This document shows, piece after piece, positions 31,397 through 42,393 of a stretch of DNA of 64,000 bases. The notes beneath the pieces are model-generated. The model saw only the letters and a list, made by a program, of their open reading frames with translations. It searched no databases and had not been told where the DNA came from. A program made the position numbers and the translations under genes. The stretch lies in NCBI GenBank assembly GCA_027036135.1, contig JALVSY010000007.1, positions 836,880 through 900,879 on the forward strand. The letters run 5' to 3'. Origin of the DNA: Pyrodictiaceae archaeon. GTDB lineage: Archaea; Thermoproteota; Thermoprotei_A; Sulfolobales; Pyrodictiaceae. Numbering within the stretch: position 1 is the stretch's first letter; each line of letters begins with the position of its first letter.

Positions 31397-32668
31397 GTGG
31401 CCCAAGACTCTCGTCGCCTCCTAGTCGAAGCAGAAAAGATCCTTCATCGTGCAGTAGTTGATCTCCTCGGATACGACGAAGACACATATGAGGCACTTCG
31501 TCACCCGGAGAGAGTTATACAGGTCAAGATCCCCGTCCGTATGGATAACGGCAAGGTCAAGGTATTCATTGGGTGGAGAAGCGAGCACAATAGCGCCCTC
31601 GGCCCCTACAAGGGCGGCATAAGGTATCACCCAGAGACAACAAAGGAGGAAGTAATCGCGCTTAGCATGATGATGACCTGGAAGAACGCTCTAGCAGGCC
31701 TCCCCTATGGTGGTGGCAAGGGTGGTATCCGCGTAGATCCACACGCTCTCTCAACACGCGAGCTCGAGCAGCTTTCACGTGGCTTCATAAGAGGAATATA
31801 CAAGTACATAGGCCCCGACAGGGACATACCCGCTCCCGACGTATACACGAACCCGCAGATAATGGCATGGATGATGGACGAGTACTATAGGCTCACCGGC
31901 GACAATGCCTTTGCAATGATAACTGGTAAGCCAAAGATACTAGGCGGTATGGAGACAAGGATCATCGCAACCGGTTTCGGTACAGCCGTGGCAGCCAGAG
32001 AGATAGCAAAGAAGCTGTGGGGAGGCATTGAGGGTAAGAAAGTAGCAGTACAGGGCTATGGCAACGCTGGCTACTATGCTGCAAAGTTCCTATACGAAAT
32101 GGGAGCGATAATAGTAGCTGTGAGCGACAGCAAGGGCGGTATCTATAGCAGCAAGGGACTAAACCCAGACGAGGTACTCGAGGTCAAGAAGAGGACAGGC
32201 AGTGTGATTAATTACGATAAGGCAGAGAAGAAGATAACTAACGAGGAGCTACTAGAACTCGACGTAGACGTACTAGTACCAGCAGCAATAGAGGACGTGA
32301 TAACAGAGCAAAACATGGACAAGATAAAAGCAAAGCTAATCGTGGAGGCAGCAAACGGCCCAACAACAGCAGAAGCAGACGTATACCTAACAACAAAGAA
32401 GGGCGTAGTAATAGTGCCAGACATACTGGCAAACGCCGGTGGCGTAATAATGAGTCACATAGAGTGGATGAACAACAGAATGGGCGGCTATATAAGCGAG
32501 GAAGAGGCAAAGCGCCGCCTCGAGGAAAAGATGGCACACAACGCTGTAGAAGTATGGGAGTTCTGGCACAAAGAACTAGACCCCAAGAAGCACACAATGC
32601 GCGACGCCGCCTACGCACTCGCGGTCAAGCGCGTAATAGAGGCAATGAAGCTACGAGGCTGGCTCTAA
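31397..32668 (+). CDS. gdhA: Glutamate dehydrogenase
   Basis: [47 protein letters not shown]. Confidence 0.96.
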   Translation: MAQDSRRLLVEAEKILHRAVVDLLGYDEDTYEALRHPERVIQVKIPVRMDNGKVKVFIGWRSEHNSALGPYKGGIRYHPETTKEEVIALSMMMTWKNALAGLPYGGGKGGIRVDPHALSTRELEQLSRGFIRGIYKYIGPDRDIPAPDVYTNPQIMAWMMDEYYRLTGDNAFAMITGKPKILGGMETRIIATGFGTAVAAREIAKKLWGGIEGKKVAVQGYGNAGYYAAKFLYEMGAIIVAVSDSKGGIYSSKGLNPDEVLEVKKRTGSVINYDKAEKKITNEELLELDVDVLVPAAIEDVITEQNMDKIKAKLIVEAANGPTTAEADVYLTTKKGVVIVPDILANAGGVIMSHIEWMNNRMGGYISEEEAKRRLEEKMAHNAVEVWEFWHKELDPKKHTMRDAAYALAVKRVIEAMKLRGWL

Positions 32669-32772
32669 GCCCACCGTACTTAATCTTTTTATCTCTTATA
32701 ACAATTCATTCCATTCTCTCCCTTATTTTATGTGAGTTGCTCGGTAGAGAAGGCAAGGATTCTAAAACAAGA

Positions 32773-33798
32773 TTAAGCTGAGATGAAACCGGGCTTAGCT
32801 CTCTCTACTACATCCCTGTTGACAAGGTTAGGTGGAACCCTTCCCCTCTTGAACGCTACGAGGTTCTCCAGCACAGCACATGCCATTGCCTCTCGGGCCT
32901 TGTGAGTGGCACTGCCAATATGTGGAGCTAGTACAACATTAGGGAGCCTTGTTAGTGGATGATCTGGTGGTAGTGGCTCTTCCTCGAAGACATCAAGAGC
33001 TGCAGCAGCTATCCAGCCCTCTTTCAACGCCTTGACTAGTGCACTGGTATCTACTACTGCTCCTCTAGCAGTGTTAACCAGTATCGCTGTTGGCTTCATT
33101 AGTCTTAGCTCTGGTTCTCGGATCATGTACCTAGTCTCAGGCGTAAGAGGTACATGAATTGACACTATATCAGATTCTCTTAGAAGCACATAGAGAGGGA
33201 CATACTCCGCGTTCAACTCTTTTTCGATATCTCTTGGCGCCCTTGAGCGGCTATAGTAGAGGACCCGCATACCGAAGCCCTTGGCTCCTATCCTGGCAAC
33301 AGCTCTCCCTATCCTACCGAAGCCGATAATTCCCAATGTTTTTCCGCGAAGCTCATATCCCAGCATGAGTTCAGGGTGCCAGCCTGTGCCGCTTCTCCTC
33401 CACTCACCTGACCTAACGTACGAGTCTGCCTTCACTATGTTACGGGCTGCAGTGAGGATAAGGCCCCAAGTAAGCTCAGCAACTGCTTCTGTTAATACAT
33501 CAGGTGTATTGGTAACGTATACGCCATGTTTAGTAGCGCATTCAACATCGATATTATCATAACCCACAGCATACTGAGCTACTATGCGTAATCTGTTCTT
33601 AGTACCTTCCTCAATAACTTTGCAATCTACTTTATCTGTTAGCAAGGAGACAATACCATCAACAACTCTAGCTTTTTCGACTAGAACATCATGCGGAGGA
33701 TGCCTCCACTCAGGCCACACCTCTGCATCGAATTCCTCAAGCATTCTCTCGAAACACGGCCCTGGGAGCCTGCGAGTAATGAAAATTTTTGGCCTCAT
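32773..33798 (-). CDS. gyaR: Glyoxylate reductase (D-2-hydroxyacid dehydrogenase)
   Basis: AVGYDNID, TNTPDVLT, GFGRIG, NTARG, DVFEEEP, PHIGSAT. Confidence 0.88.
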   Translation of the reverse strand: MRPKIFITRRLPGPCFERMLEEFDAEVWPEWRHPPHDVLVEKARVVDGIVSLLTDKVDCKVIEEGTKNRLRIVAQYAVGYDNIDVECATKHGVYVTNTPDVLTEAVAELTWGLILTAARNIVKADSYVRSGEWRRSGTGWHPELMLGYELRGKTLGIIGFGRIGRAVARIGAKGFGMRVLYYSRSRAPRDIEKELNAEYVPLYVLLRESDIVSIHVPLTPETRYMIREPELRLMKPTAILVNTARGAVVDTSALVKALKEGWIAAAALDVFEEEPLPPDHPLTRLPNVVLAPHIGSATHKAREAMACAVLENLVAFKRGRVPPNLVNRDVVERAKPGFISA

Positions 33799-33884
33799 GT
33801 AGTCTTCCCTCGCCTCCGCGGAACTGCATAGATAGTAGAGACTAAAATCAGTATCATGTTGCAACATGCCTAATTGATGCAACC

Positions 33885-34730
33885 CTATGGTGGAGATAAT
33901 ATATGTACAAAGCCGGCATGATCCGGCACTATCCTGAGCACGCCTTCCAGGGACTCTATTTCGCCCTTAACTATGACTCTAGAACCTGTGGGTATCTCCA
34001 TGTATCTTAGCCTAAACGTCATCATATGTATGTACTCCAGCCTAGTAGGTAGCGCTACATCTGTGCCGAGAATCCTCCTTATTCTCATTAAGTAGAAAGC
34101 TGGAGTGGAAAAACTAATCGAAGAAACGATATCAGCCTCAAGCACAGCTTCTCCAAGAACCTTTATAGGTGTACAACGTGCGGGCTTAGTGCAATATACT
34201 AAGCGCATATTATACTCAAACCCCTTATAGCGGCCAAAAAGTAAGCGCTGACTAGCTATAGCATTGTTTAAGTAGTAATCGCTGTTACTCCACGCATGCC
34301 CCCTGCCACGGAAAGGAAGAGTAATACCATCCTTTCTCAAGTCGCGGAGCGCTTTATAGACACGCTCTATACGTGGCCCGTAAGCCACGAGGTCTATGTC
34401 CTCTGCGTTCCTTGGGTCATAGGCTAAGCTCCCAGTCACACCTACTAGGTCCTCTCCCTCAGCTGACAAGTACTCCAAGAAGTCTAGAGCAGCTTTACAA
34501 AGCTTTGAAGAGCACATAGTCTTCAGACTTTTTGCAGCCCTAATGGGTGACAATAGCCTAGCATTACCCGGATGGGCTATAAATGCTCTTCTCCCACCCA
34601 GGCAGGGATGCCTAACTAAATTAAGACCTTGATCCAAGTGACTAGCTATGATCGGCTTATGTACTTTTTTCCCGGAGACCACTCTTGGTACGAAGAAGAA
34701 GCCAGGCAGTGGGTGAAAACAGCCTTTCAC
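33885..34730 (-). CDS. Nucleotidyltransferase-domain protein
   Basis: GVTGSLAY..EDIDLVAYG (Pol-beta-type GS..DxD). Confidence 0.7.
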   Translation of the reverse strand: MKGCFHPLPGFFFVPRVVSGKKVHKPIIASHLDQGLNLVRHPCLGGRRAFIAHPGNARLLSPIRAAKSLKTMCSSKLCKAALDFLEYLSAEGEDLVGVTGSLAYDPRNAEDIDLVAYGPRIERVYKALRDLRKDGITLPFRGRGHAWSNSDYYLNNAIASQRLLFGRYKGFEYNMRLVYCTKPARCTPIKVLGEAVLEADIVSSISFSTPAFYLMRIRRILGTDVALPTRLEYIHMMTFRLRYMEIPTGSRVIVKGEIESLEGVLRIVPDHAGFVHILSPP

Positions 34731-34777
34731 AAAACCTATGATGCCGTGTAGCCTAACTATCCAGGAATCTGTTGGCG

Positions 34778-35320
34778 CTATATCCTTGCACAGGTTGGTG
34801 CCTCCCTCCTTGCACAGAGCGTTATAGCCTCATATGTTTTCCTTATAGCGTTGGACACATGTCTGAGAAGATATATGAGCTGAGGCAGGTTCTCTATAAT
34901 GGCCTTTCTATCCAGGGCACTAAACTTCTTGCAGTAATTCCACCTACATAGCTTTACGTCTGTGCCGCTTATCTCTAGCCTTGCGTGTCCTCGGTGAAAG
35001 AATATCTTTCCATCACGAAGAGATATCACTGTCTCCGGCTTCACGCGTATAAAGAAGAACCCGTTATTGTGCTCGTATATCCTCCAGGTAATACACAGCG
35101 CCTTTATTCTTCCCTCCGGCTTCTTCTCGTCAGCTATGCACTTTAACCGCCTAAGAGCAGTCGATAACGACTCAAGGCTATCGGACAAGCTGCTTAATAC
35201 CGTGTTTGCTCTGCTCTCAAGCAACGACTCTGCCGGCTTTATAGCACCTCTTATCCTCTGAGCAACCGTGCCAAGAACCGATGCTAGCTCCTCTAGCCTC
35301 TCAGTGCTCATCTTGCGCAC
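34778..35320 (-). CDS. Hypothetical protein
   Basis: 180-aa ORF co-oriented with neighbours. Confidence 0.55.
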   Translation of the reverse strand: MRKMSTERLEELASVLGTVAQRIRGAIKPAESLLESRANTVLSSLSDSLESLSTALRRLKCIADEKKPEGRIKALCITWRIYEHNNGFFFIRVKPETVISLRDGKIFFHRGHARLEISGTDVKLCRWNYCKKFSALDRKAIIENLPQLIYLLRHVSNAIRKTYEAITLCARREAPTCARI

Positions 35321-35363
35321 CCACGCCTCCCAGTCTAAGGATTCAGTTATAAAAGCAGCTCTA

Positions 35364-35852
35364 TCAGCGCGGCACTGAGCCTACCCTTTCTCCCTGATAC
35401 AAGCCCGAGTATATGCTAGGCGAGGATGGCTCAACGCGGACAAGTACTAGCTGGGCTACTCTCGCTCCTCGCTCAAGTCTTATTCCTTTATCGTTTCCAA
35501 CAACTAAGAGCGCCTCTCCACGGCCACGGTATCCGGGATCCCAGAACCCACATGATAGGTGAGCACCCATTCGTAGAAGGGAGCTTCTAGGCATACACAA
35601 CCCTATAGCCGTTGATGGTACCTCGACAATGTCCTTAAATACTATCTTGTAGAAGCCCCTCCCTAAGAGCCACCACCCGCCTCTAGGCTCTAAGGCCTTG
35701 GTACGTGGCAATATGCGGTCCCTTACACCGAGGATACCCTCATCCATAAAGACATGTACCTCATCTACGCGGAGATCTATACCAGCTGGCTGAATTTGCT
35801 CAGCCCTTGCAGAAGGCACTGCACGCGATAACAGGTATCCTGGGAGCGCCAT
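35364..35852 (-). CDS. dut: Trimeric dUTPase (dCTP deaminase/dUTPase family)
   Basis: QPAGIDL, PRSSLLR, WDPGYRG, RVAQLV, YSGLYQGE. Confidence 0.85.
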   Translation of the reverse strand: MALPGYLLSRAVPSARAEQIQPAGIDLRVDEVHVFMDEGILGVRDRILPRTKALEPRGGWWLLGRGFYKIVFKDIVEVPSTAIGLCMPRSSLLRMGAHLSCGFWDPGYRGRGEALLVVGNDKGIRLERGARVAQLVLVRVEPSSPSIYSGLYQGERVGSVPR

Positions 35853-35956
35853 AGCTAGCACCTCTCCGTAACCCCTAGCCCTTGAGAAAGCTTGTAGGAT
35901 GCAAGAGAAGCCGGATTAAGGCTAAGGGCTCAACCCCTTGTAGAGGGGACGTCTAG

Positions 35957-36322
35957 GTGCCCTACGGCGTCTGCGTCTCAAAATGGGTCTCGGTAGCACT
36001 AAAGCTCTCCTCGCCCCATATACCAGGCGAGGCGCTTCATGGCCACGACTACCGGGTCAAGGTCTGTATTGAGGGCGAGCTAGGCGAGGACAACAAGGTT
36101 GTAGATCACTTAGAACTCCTGGTGCAACTAGATGATTGCCTTAAAGAGATAAATTATCGTTACCTCAACGAGGTCCTAGGGACGCAAAACCCTACAGCCG
36201 AGCTCCTTGCAAAGAGGATAGCCGAGTGTATATCGAGCAAGAATATCTTGAGAGGCAATAAGGTAGTACTTGTGGAGGCGTGCACTGCTTCCGAGCTATG
36301 CTCCTATTATAAGCCCCCGTAA
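35957..36322 (+). CDS. queD: 6-carboxytetrahydropterin synthase / PTPS (QueD-like)
   Basis: LHGHDY, YLNEV, NPTAELLA; the C-terminal Glu motif is divergent. Confidence 0.75.
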   Translation: MPYGVCVSKWVSVALKLSSPHIPGEALHGHDYRVKVCIEGELGEDNKVVDHLELLVQLDDCLKEINYRYLNEVLGTQNPTAELLAKRIAECISSKNILRGNKVVLVEACTASELCSYYKPP

Positions 36323-36387
36323 GCGTGTAGCAGCATTATATGTGATAAAGGGTAGCTTGGGTAATAGCTTTACTCTCGGGGAACATC

Positions 36388-37218
36388 TTGGAGAGCAGGG
36401 TGAGCATAGAGCGATTATCGACGGGAGTAGAGGGGTTTGACAAGCTCATACAGGGAGGGATTCCCCGTGGATTCTTTGTAGCAGTAGTAGGGGAACCTGG
36501 CACAGGTAAGACTATTTTCTCGATACACTTTATAGCTGAGGGTATACGTGTAGGTGATAAGAATATCTATGTAACGACAGAGGAGTCCAAGGAGAGTATA
36601 ATAAAACAAGCAGCTATGTTTGGCTTTGACTTTGAGCGGGCAATTAGGGAAGGCAAGCTAGTAATAATCGATGCCCTGATGGGGTATAGGGATGATCCAT
36701 GGAGTTTAGTAGAGCTAGACGTTGATCACTTAGTCAATAAGATTATTGAGGCAAAGAAGTACCTGGGATATGGGAGAGCAAGACTAGTCATAGACTCTAT
36801 GTCAGCTTTCTGGCTCGATAAGCCAGCTATGGCAAGGCGCTACAGTTACTATGTGAAACGGGTCCTCTATAGATGGGACTTCACAGCACTGCTCACAAGT
36901 CAGTACGCGGTGACAACAAGTCTTGGCTTCGGGTTCGGAATAGAACACGTAGCTGATGGAATTATAAGGTTTAGGAAAGGCATCGTTAGAGGAGAGCTAA
37001 GAAGGTACGTCATAATAGAGAAGATGAGGCAGACAGAGCATAGTCTAAGGATGCACGAAATAGAGATAATAAATGGCCGAGGGATGAGAATTAAGGCGCC
37101 AACTGCTTACCGCAAGGAGGATACAGTTCTTCCGACAAGTGTTGCTGCACGAATGCTTGCAGCAGAGCTAAGAAAGCTCCTAGAGATACCGGAGACAGAG
37201 CATGACGAGGAAAACTGA
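36388..37218 (+). CDS. KaiC/RAD55-domain ATPase
   Basis: STGVEGFD, GEPGTGKT, VIDS, EHVADGII, KMRQT. Confidence 0.9.
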   Translation: MESRVSIERLSTGVEGFDKLIQGGIPRGFFVAVVGEPGTGKTIFSIHFIAEGIRVGDKNIYVTTEESKESIIKQAAMFGFDFERAIREGKLVIIDALMGYRDDPWSLVELDVDHLVNKIIEAKKYLGYGRARLVIDSMSAFWLDKPAMARRYSYYVKRVLYRWDFTALLTSQYAVTTSLGFGFGIEHVADGIIRFRKGIVRGELRRYVIIEKMRQTEHSLRMHEIEIINGRGMRIKAPTAYRKEDTVLPTSVAARMLAAELRKLLEIPETEHDEEN

Positions 37219-37270
37219 GGATACTTTCTAAAGCCTATCCAGGCCGCATCAGCCCCTGGGAGCGACAGGA

Positions 37271-37711
37271 TTGCGGCGCCAAGCAACGCTCTATGTAAGA
37301 TGGGGGAAAGGAGGACTAGAACTAGAGCCGAGCACTCAAACATTGATTATTAGGGCAAAGAACTATGAAATCATGCTTGAGCCCCGCTCTATATTAATTA
37401 GCGGCAAATACAGTGGGAAGAGAGAAATAGAGCATATAAATAGGAAAACAATATTCATAGATTTCGCCGAGAAGGTTGAGCCCCTTAATCCCCCGAGAAT
37501 AGACATATCGGCGCGTAACTATGTTGGCAACTTCGAGGTCATCTATACCGATCTAGGGTTCGAACACTATCTAACAATAATAACGCCGGCAGAGCACCTA
37601 TACGATTATGCTGTTCTAACAACAGAGGAGTTCATGGTATATATGCAGGCTAAACGCCAAGTCTTCTACGAAGAAGAGCCTTTTGAGAAAATAATACTCT
37701 ACATAAAGTAA
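37271..37711 (+). CDS. Conserved hypothetical protein
   Basis: 146-aa beta-rich ORF following the KaiC-like gene. Confidence 0.6.
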   Translation: MRRQATLYVRWGKGGLELEPSTQTLIIRAKNYEIMLEPRSILISGKYSGKREIEHINRKTIFIDFAEKVEPLNPPRIDISARNYVGNFEVIYTDLGFEHYLTIITPAEHLYDYAVLTTEEFMVYMQAKRQVFYEEEPFEKIILYIK

Positions 37712-38036
37712 GACGCATCAAGGGGACTAGCGCGCTATGGTTTTCCTCGCTCCTGTATTCTCCTCTCTATGTAGTTCAGGGTAGCACCTATTAGGTCCAA
37801 AGAAGAGGGTCACGTAAGAAAACACTCATCCACTATTGTTACCCGCGTATAGCAATCGGTTAGGATACCCGCTTAGGTGCTATGGCTCTCTCATTGTCAC
37901 CGAACCGACAAGTGGAATAGAAAATTCTACCTAAGACTAATCTAGTAATATCAGAGTATACTAGGACTCGGGTCTTCTCTTTCTATGAATCCAGATTAGA
38001 GTAGGGTGGTACAAATATAGTGTTTAGGGGTCAGCA

Positions 38037-41006
38037 GTGAGTACAAGGACTGACTACCAGCAATTAGAGCTTATAAAGAAGAGCCTCTTCGAGCCTAGCG
38101 CTGAGGACGAGGCTAAGAGGCTGCTTCTCCGCGAGATCTACGAAGTAGTGGTAAAGGCTTATCGGGAAAGGGCTCCTAACGATGGCTTATTGGCTCCGCT
38201 ACCTGACTGTGTCCGGAAGGCGTTGGAGACTGGTATGCCTTGTAGCGAGGACATGGGGTTTACCTATAACGCGATACGCGTACTGATGGCTAGGTATCTT
38301 ACCAGGGACGAGTATGGCCGCTACCTCGAGACTCCTAGCATGGTTATGCGGCGTGTGGCAGAGGGGTTCCGGGAGAGGGTTGACAGGGAGCAGTTGTATA
38401 GGATACTGATAGAGCGGCGCTTCGTGTTCAACTCACCTACGCTGTTCAACATGTATTGTGACGGAGCCCGGGGCACGCTAAGTGCTTGCTACGTTACCCC
38501 TGTCTACGATGATATGCGTGCCATAATGGATGCTGCTACGGTGCAGGCCCTGACCTTTAAGTGGGGTGGTGGCCAGGGCTTCAGCTTCAGCGAGCTAAGG
38601 CCACGCTGGGACATCGTCCGCGGCACCAGCGGCTACGCCTCCGGGCCCCTGAGCTTCATGCGCATCTTCGATACAGTGACCGAGATGGTGAAGCAGGGTG
38701 GTAAGCGCCGAGGAGCCAACATGGGGATAATGCACGCGTGGCACCCCGACATCTACAACCCCTGGTTCAACCCCTGGCACGCCCTGAGAAACACGTTGCC
38801 GCCCCAGCTACAAGCCCTCATAGACTCCGTGAAGCGATTAATCGAGTTCCTCGAGAAAGAGGGCTACGAGGTTGACCCAGCGTTTAAGGAGATGGTTGAG
38901 AAGCTTAGCGAGCCCGGGCCCAGCACGGTTGAGGACGCTGGCTTCATACAGGCCAAGGAGCCCCCGCTACAGGATGCCAACCTCACCAACTTCAACATAA
39001 GCGTCGGCGCCAACGACGCCTTCATGGAGGCTGTGCTAAGGGGCGAGGACTGGTGGATGGTTAACCCCCGGTTCAGCCGGGACCCCGGGACAGGTGTCTA
39101 TCGGCTACACCACACAGTCTCCCGGGCCACGGGTCTGGGCCGCCTAGGCGAGCTAATCGAGAAGCACCCCTGGCTCCTAGGGAGCCCCTACCTCAACATC
39201 TACGAAGACCTACTAAGCGAGGCCAAGGCCAAGGCACTAGAGGAGGCCAAGCGGGCCGGGTACACACCCGACCAGAAGAACCCCTACACGTGGCACATCC
39301 CCGCCCGAGAACTATGGGATAGGATAGTTGAGAACGCCTGGGCAGGCGGCGACCCTGGGCTCTTCTTCCCAGACAATCACAACAAGTGGAACCCCACCCC
39401 ATGGCTAGGAGCAGTCTACGGAACCAACCCATGCGGTGAACAGCCTCTCTACCCCTTTGAGTCATGCAACCTAGGCTCCATGAGCCTAGAGAAGTATGTG
39501 AGTAATGGAAGGTTTGATGTAGACAAGTTTATGCATGATGTACAAGTAGTCGTTGACGCGATGGACGCCGTTATTGATTATAACAGGCACCCCGACGAGA
39601 GACAAGTCAAGGCCAACAAGTTTACCCGGAAAATCGGCCTAGGCGTGATGGGGCTCGCGGATGCATTGGCCAAGCTCGGCTACCCCTATGACAGCGACGA
39701 GGCAGTCGCGTTCACGCTGATAGTCATGGCCGCCCTGGAGGTGTTTAGCTGGAAGAGGAGCTGGGAGCTCGGGGCCAAGCTCGGCCACGCCCCCGCCTAT
39801 GAGTGTAAGAGATACGACTGGCGGAACATGAAGTGCATGGAGAAGGGCGACCCCGAGGAACTCGTAGAGCTGCACACACCCGCTCTAGTCAAGGCAGCTA
39901 GGGTCATGAGCATAGAGGGTGATTGGGTCAAGATCAAGTACCACGATGTTGAGTTGCCCAGCGACGTGGCTAGGCACGTTGTCGGCGAGGCCAGAGAGAG
40001 GGTGGAGAACAGAGGTACCGTGAGGCTCGTCCCCGCGAGCGTCCTGGAGAAGGTCGCTAGGGGGGTCTTCGGGGTCACAAGGGAGGATTACTGGAAAGCC
40101 CTACAGATGAGCCCAGTAATGGTTGCTAATAGCCCGCGACACCTACTAGCACTAGCAATCTACAACCCTGAAGCCGCCTGGGAGCTACTCAAGACCTATG
40201 GTAGGCTGCTGGGGGCCAGGGCTCCCCGGAACACCGTTATGACCACCGTGGCCCCGACCGGCACCATAAGCATCATTGCCGGGACTAGTAGCGGTATCGA
40301 GCCCTACTTCGCCCTCGTCTACAAGAGAAAAGTGACTGTGGGAGAGTTCCTGGAGGTAGTGAGGCCGTTCCGCTCAAAGCTACTAGAGGCGGCCAGGAAG
40401 CACAACGTGCCAGAGCACGTGGTAGAGAGGATATACGAGATAATAAGCAGGCACAAGGGCTCGCTGCGCTGGGCTCTGGAAGAGGTACGGGACTACCTGC
40501 TACAAGAGGGGTTCCAGAACGGCTTCTTAGCAGAGATAGAGCGCCTAGCCAAACTCTTCCCGATGAGCATGGACTTCGACGTATGGTACCACCTAGCCCA
40601 CCAGATAGCGGCACAACTCTACGTAGACCAGGCAATCAGCAAGACCGTGAACCTCAGAAAGGAGGCAAGCAAGGACGAGGTATACACAGCCTACCTAGTC
40701 GCGTGGCTAGGAGGCCTCAAAGGAGTAACAGTGTACAGGGACGAAAGCAAAGGAGTACAAGTAATATACTTCGGAGGAGAACAGAAAGCAATACCAAGCA
40801 TACCCGTAAGAAAAAAGAAGCATGTAGAGAAAAAAGCAAAAAGAAAGATGAGAATGATACACCTAAAGAAGAGAATGAAGCTCTCAGAACTAGAGATGGA
40901 TGAAAAAGCGAGCGAGCTATTCGAAGCAAAAGTCGTTGAAACGGCTAGCGGAGAAGTTGTCGTAGAGCTAACAGAGAATAGCACATGTAAGACATGCGAG
41001 ATCTAA
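38037..41006 (+). CDS. nrdJ: Adenosylcobalamin-dependent (class II) ribonucleotide reductase
   Basis: FNSPTL, LSACYV, GGGQG, RRGANMG, TNPCGEQ, SCNLGS, APTGTIS, SSGIEP, ISKTVN, KGVTVYR, C-terminal CKTC. Confidence 0.95.
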   Translation: MSTRTDYQQLELIKKSLFEPSAEDEAKRLLLREIYEVVVKAYRERAPNDGLLAPLPDCVRKALETGMPCSEDMGFTYNAIRVLMARYLTRDEYGRYLETPSMVMRRVAEGFRERVDREQLYRILIERRFVFNSPTLFNMYCDGARGTLSACYVTPVYDDMRAIMDAATVQALTFKWGGGQGFSFSELRPRWDIVRGTSGYASGPLSFMRIFDTVTEMVKQGGKRRGANMGIMHAWHPDIYNPWFNPWHALRNTLPPQLQALIDSVKRLIEFLEKEGYEVDPAFKEMVEKLSEPGPSTVEDAGFIQAKEPPLQDANLTNFNISVGANDAFMEAVLRGEDWWMVNPRFSRDPGTGVYRLHHTVSRATGLGRLGELIEKHPWLLGSPYLNIYEDLLSEAKAKALEEAKRAGYTPDQKNPYTWHIPARELWDRIVENAWAGGDPGLFFPDNHNKWNPTPWLGAVYGTNPCGEQPLYPFESCNLGSMSLEKYVSNGRFDVDKFMHDVQVVVDAMDAVIDYNRHPDERQVKANKFTRKIGLGVMGLADALAKLGYPYDSDEAVAFTLIVMAALEVFSWKRSWELGAKLGHAPAYECKRYDWRNMKCMEKGDPEELVELHTPALVKAARVMSIEGDWVKIKYHDVELPSDVARHVVGEARERVENRGTVRLVPASVLEKVARGVFGVTREDYWKALQMSPVMVANSPRHLLALAIYNPEAAWELLKTYGRLLGARAPRNTVMTTVAPTGTISIIAGTSSGIEPYFALVYKRKVTVGEFLEVVRPFRSKLLEAARKHNVPEHVVERIYEIISRHKGSLRWALEEVRDYLLQEGFQNGFLAEIERLAKLFPMSMDFDVWYHLAHQIAAQLYVDQAISKTVNLRKEASKDEVYTAYLVAWLGGLKGVTVYRDESKGVQVIYFGGEQKAIPSIPVRKKKHVEKKAKRKMRMIHLKKRMKLSELEMDEKASELFEAKVVETASGEVVVELTENSTCKTCEI

Positions 41007-41162
41007 AGGATTTATTCATAACCTTAACTTGTTTCACTCAATAATACTTACTCCTCTACCTTATCCCAAGGGTTTTTGGCTCCATCCTCCCCGTTAGGAG
41101 ACGTCTTTATGCGAACCAGTAGTGATGCGGTTATTCTACTTAACGTTTATGGTTGGCCCCGC

Positions 41163-41960
41163 ATGGTTGTTGTCGCTGTCAAGGTCAGCCAGGGCAAGAC
41201 GTTCCTTAAGTCTGTGGAGCACTATGCCAGAGAGTACCCGTTCTGGGACGCTGTTGCATGGGCCGTACTGGCTGTTGACACTCCTTGCCTGGAGAGGCAG
41301 GGGTATGAGAGCGTACTGGAACATGTAGTTATCCAGTTCGTTGCCCGCTGCAGCAGGATATGCACACATGAGCTGGTTAGGCACCGCTTGGCGAGCTATG
41401 CGCAGACCAGTACCCGTGTGCTCGGGCTAGAGGGCTTCCGGCCAGATGACCGCGGCGCTGGTAGCCTCTACCCCCTAGTGGCCCGGGCCGCTGAGGGCGA
41501 CACGGAGGCTCTTCAAGTACTCTGCGTGATACCGGAGACTCACCGGGACAACGTCATCAGCGCGTGCAGAGAGTACATGAGGCGCGTAGTAGAGGCCCAG
41601 GGCAAGGGCATAGACCAGGGGCTCCGCTACGCCCAGCCCGACGCCCTAGCTGCACACATACTCGTCACGACAAACCTGCGCGAATACCTCCACATGGCCG
41701 CGATGAGGCTTCATCCCCACGCCCACTGGGAGATACGGCGACTCTTCGAAGAAACAGCCTATAAGCTGTGGATAGAACACCGTGTTCCAGTCCACCTAAT
41801 GCTGCTCCTCAAAAGACCGGGGCTCGCAAAAGTACGCAACGACCTAGTCGCCGCGGCTCTTGAAGAGCTTCAAACAATAACATCAAGAATTGAAGATATT
41901 CATGCCAAAAAACTCGAAGCATTAGCTAAGAGCATCCTCCATAATCAAGCGACGGCATAG
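41163..41960 (+). CDS. thyX: FAD-dependent thymidylate synthase
   Basis: ESVLEH, SRICTHELVRHRLASYAQTSTR (RHRx7S), TNLRE, HAHWEIR; start could be 41109. Confidence 0.88.
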   Translation: MVVVAVKVSQGKTFLKSVEHYAREYPFWDAVAWAVLAVDTPCLERQGYESVLEHVVIQFVARCSRICTHELVRHRLASYAQTSTRVLGLEGFRPDDRGAGSLYPLVARAAEGDTEALQVLCVIPETHRDNVISACREYMRRVVEAQGKGIDQGLRYAQPDALAAHILVTTNLREYLHMAAMRLHPHAHWEIRRLFEETAYKLWIEHRVPVHLMLLLKRPGLAKVRNDLVAAALEELQTITSRIEDIHAKKLEALAKSILHNQATA

Positions 41961-41984
41961 TATGTCTTAACGGGAATAACCTAG

Positions 41985-42197
41985 TTATTTTTGTTGTTTC
42001 AGTGCAGCAAGTATAGATGAGCGAAACTCTTCTAGCGTCATTTCTTCTCGGTGCTTTGGTAATTTTATTAGCAGTACCTTGTTTCCAGAAAGCGCTCTGA
42101 TCTCATCATGATCCTTAAACCGGTATACATCTATTTGTTTTAACTTGAGCTCCTCTAACACCCTTTTGTAGGGCGTGAATTTTCTCCCGGTTGGCAT
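41985..42197 (-). CDS. Small hypothetical protein
   Basis: 70-aa ORF with ATG and upstream GGAG. Confidence 0.55.
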   Translation of the reverse strand: MPTGRKFTPYKRVLEELKLKQIDVYRFKDHDEIRALSGNKVLLIKLPKHREEMTLEEFRSSILAALKQQK

Positions 42198-42393
42198 ACC
42201 TTGCTCCCGGGGAGATGCGAATCGTGTGTGGGTAGCTTTTAAGGCCTCCTCGCCTCATTAGCTATAATCAATATTGTAATCACGTGTTTATCTATGTTTT
42301 GCTGTGTGCCGAGAAAAAGATATAAATTATAGTAGACGTTCTCACATAAAACGAGCAAATATGATATAAAAGCGATATGAGTGGTGAATCTCT

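Noticed and set aside
38037-41006. Intein in nrdJ
   Set aside because: The usual insertion sites (LSAC, RRGA, TNPCGE) are contiguous; there are no C...HN-C/S/T termini or LAGLIDADG motifs.
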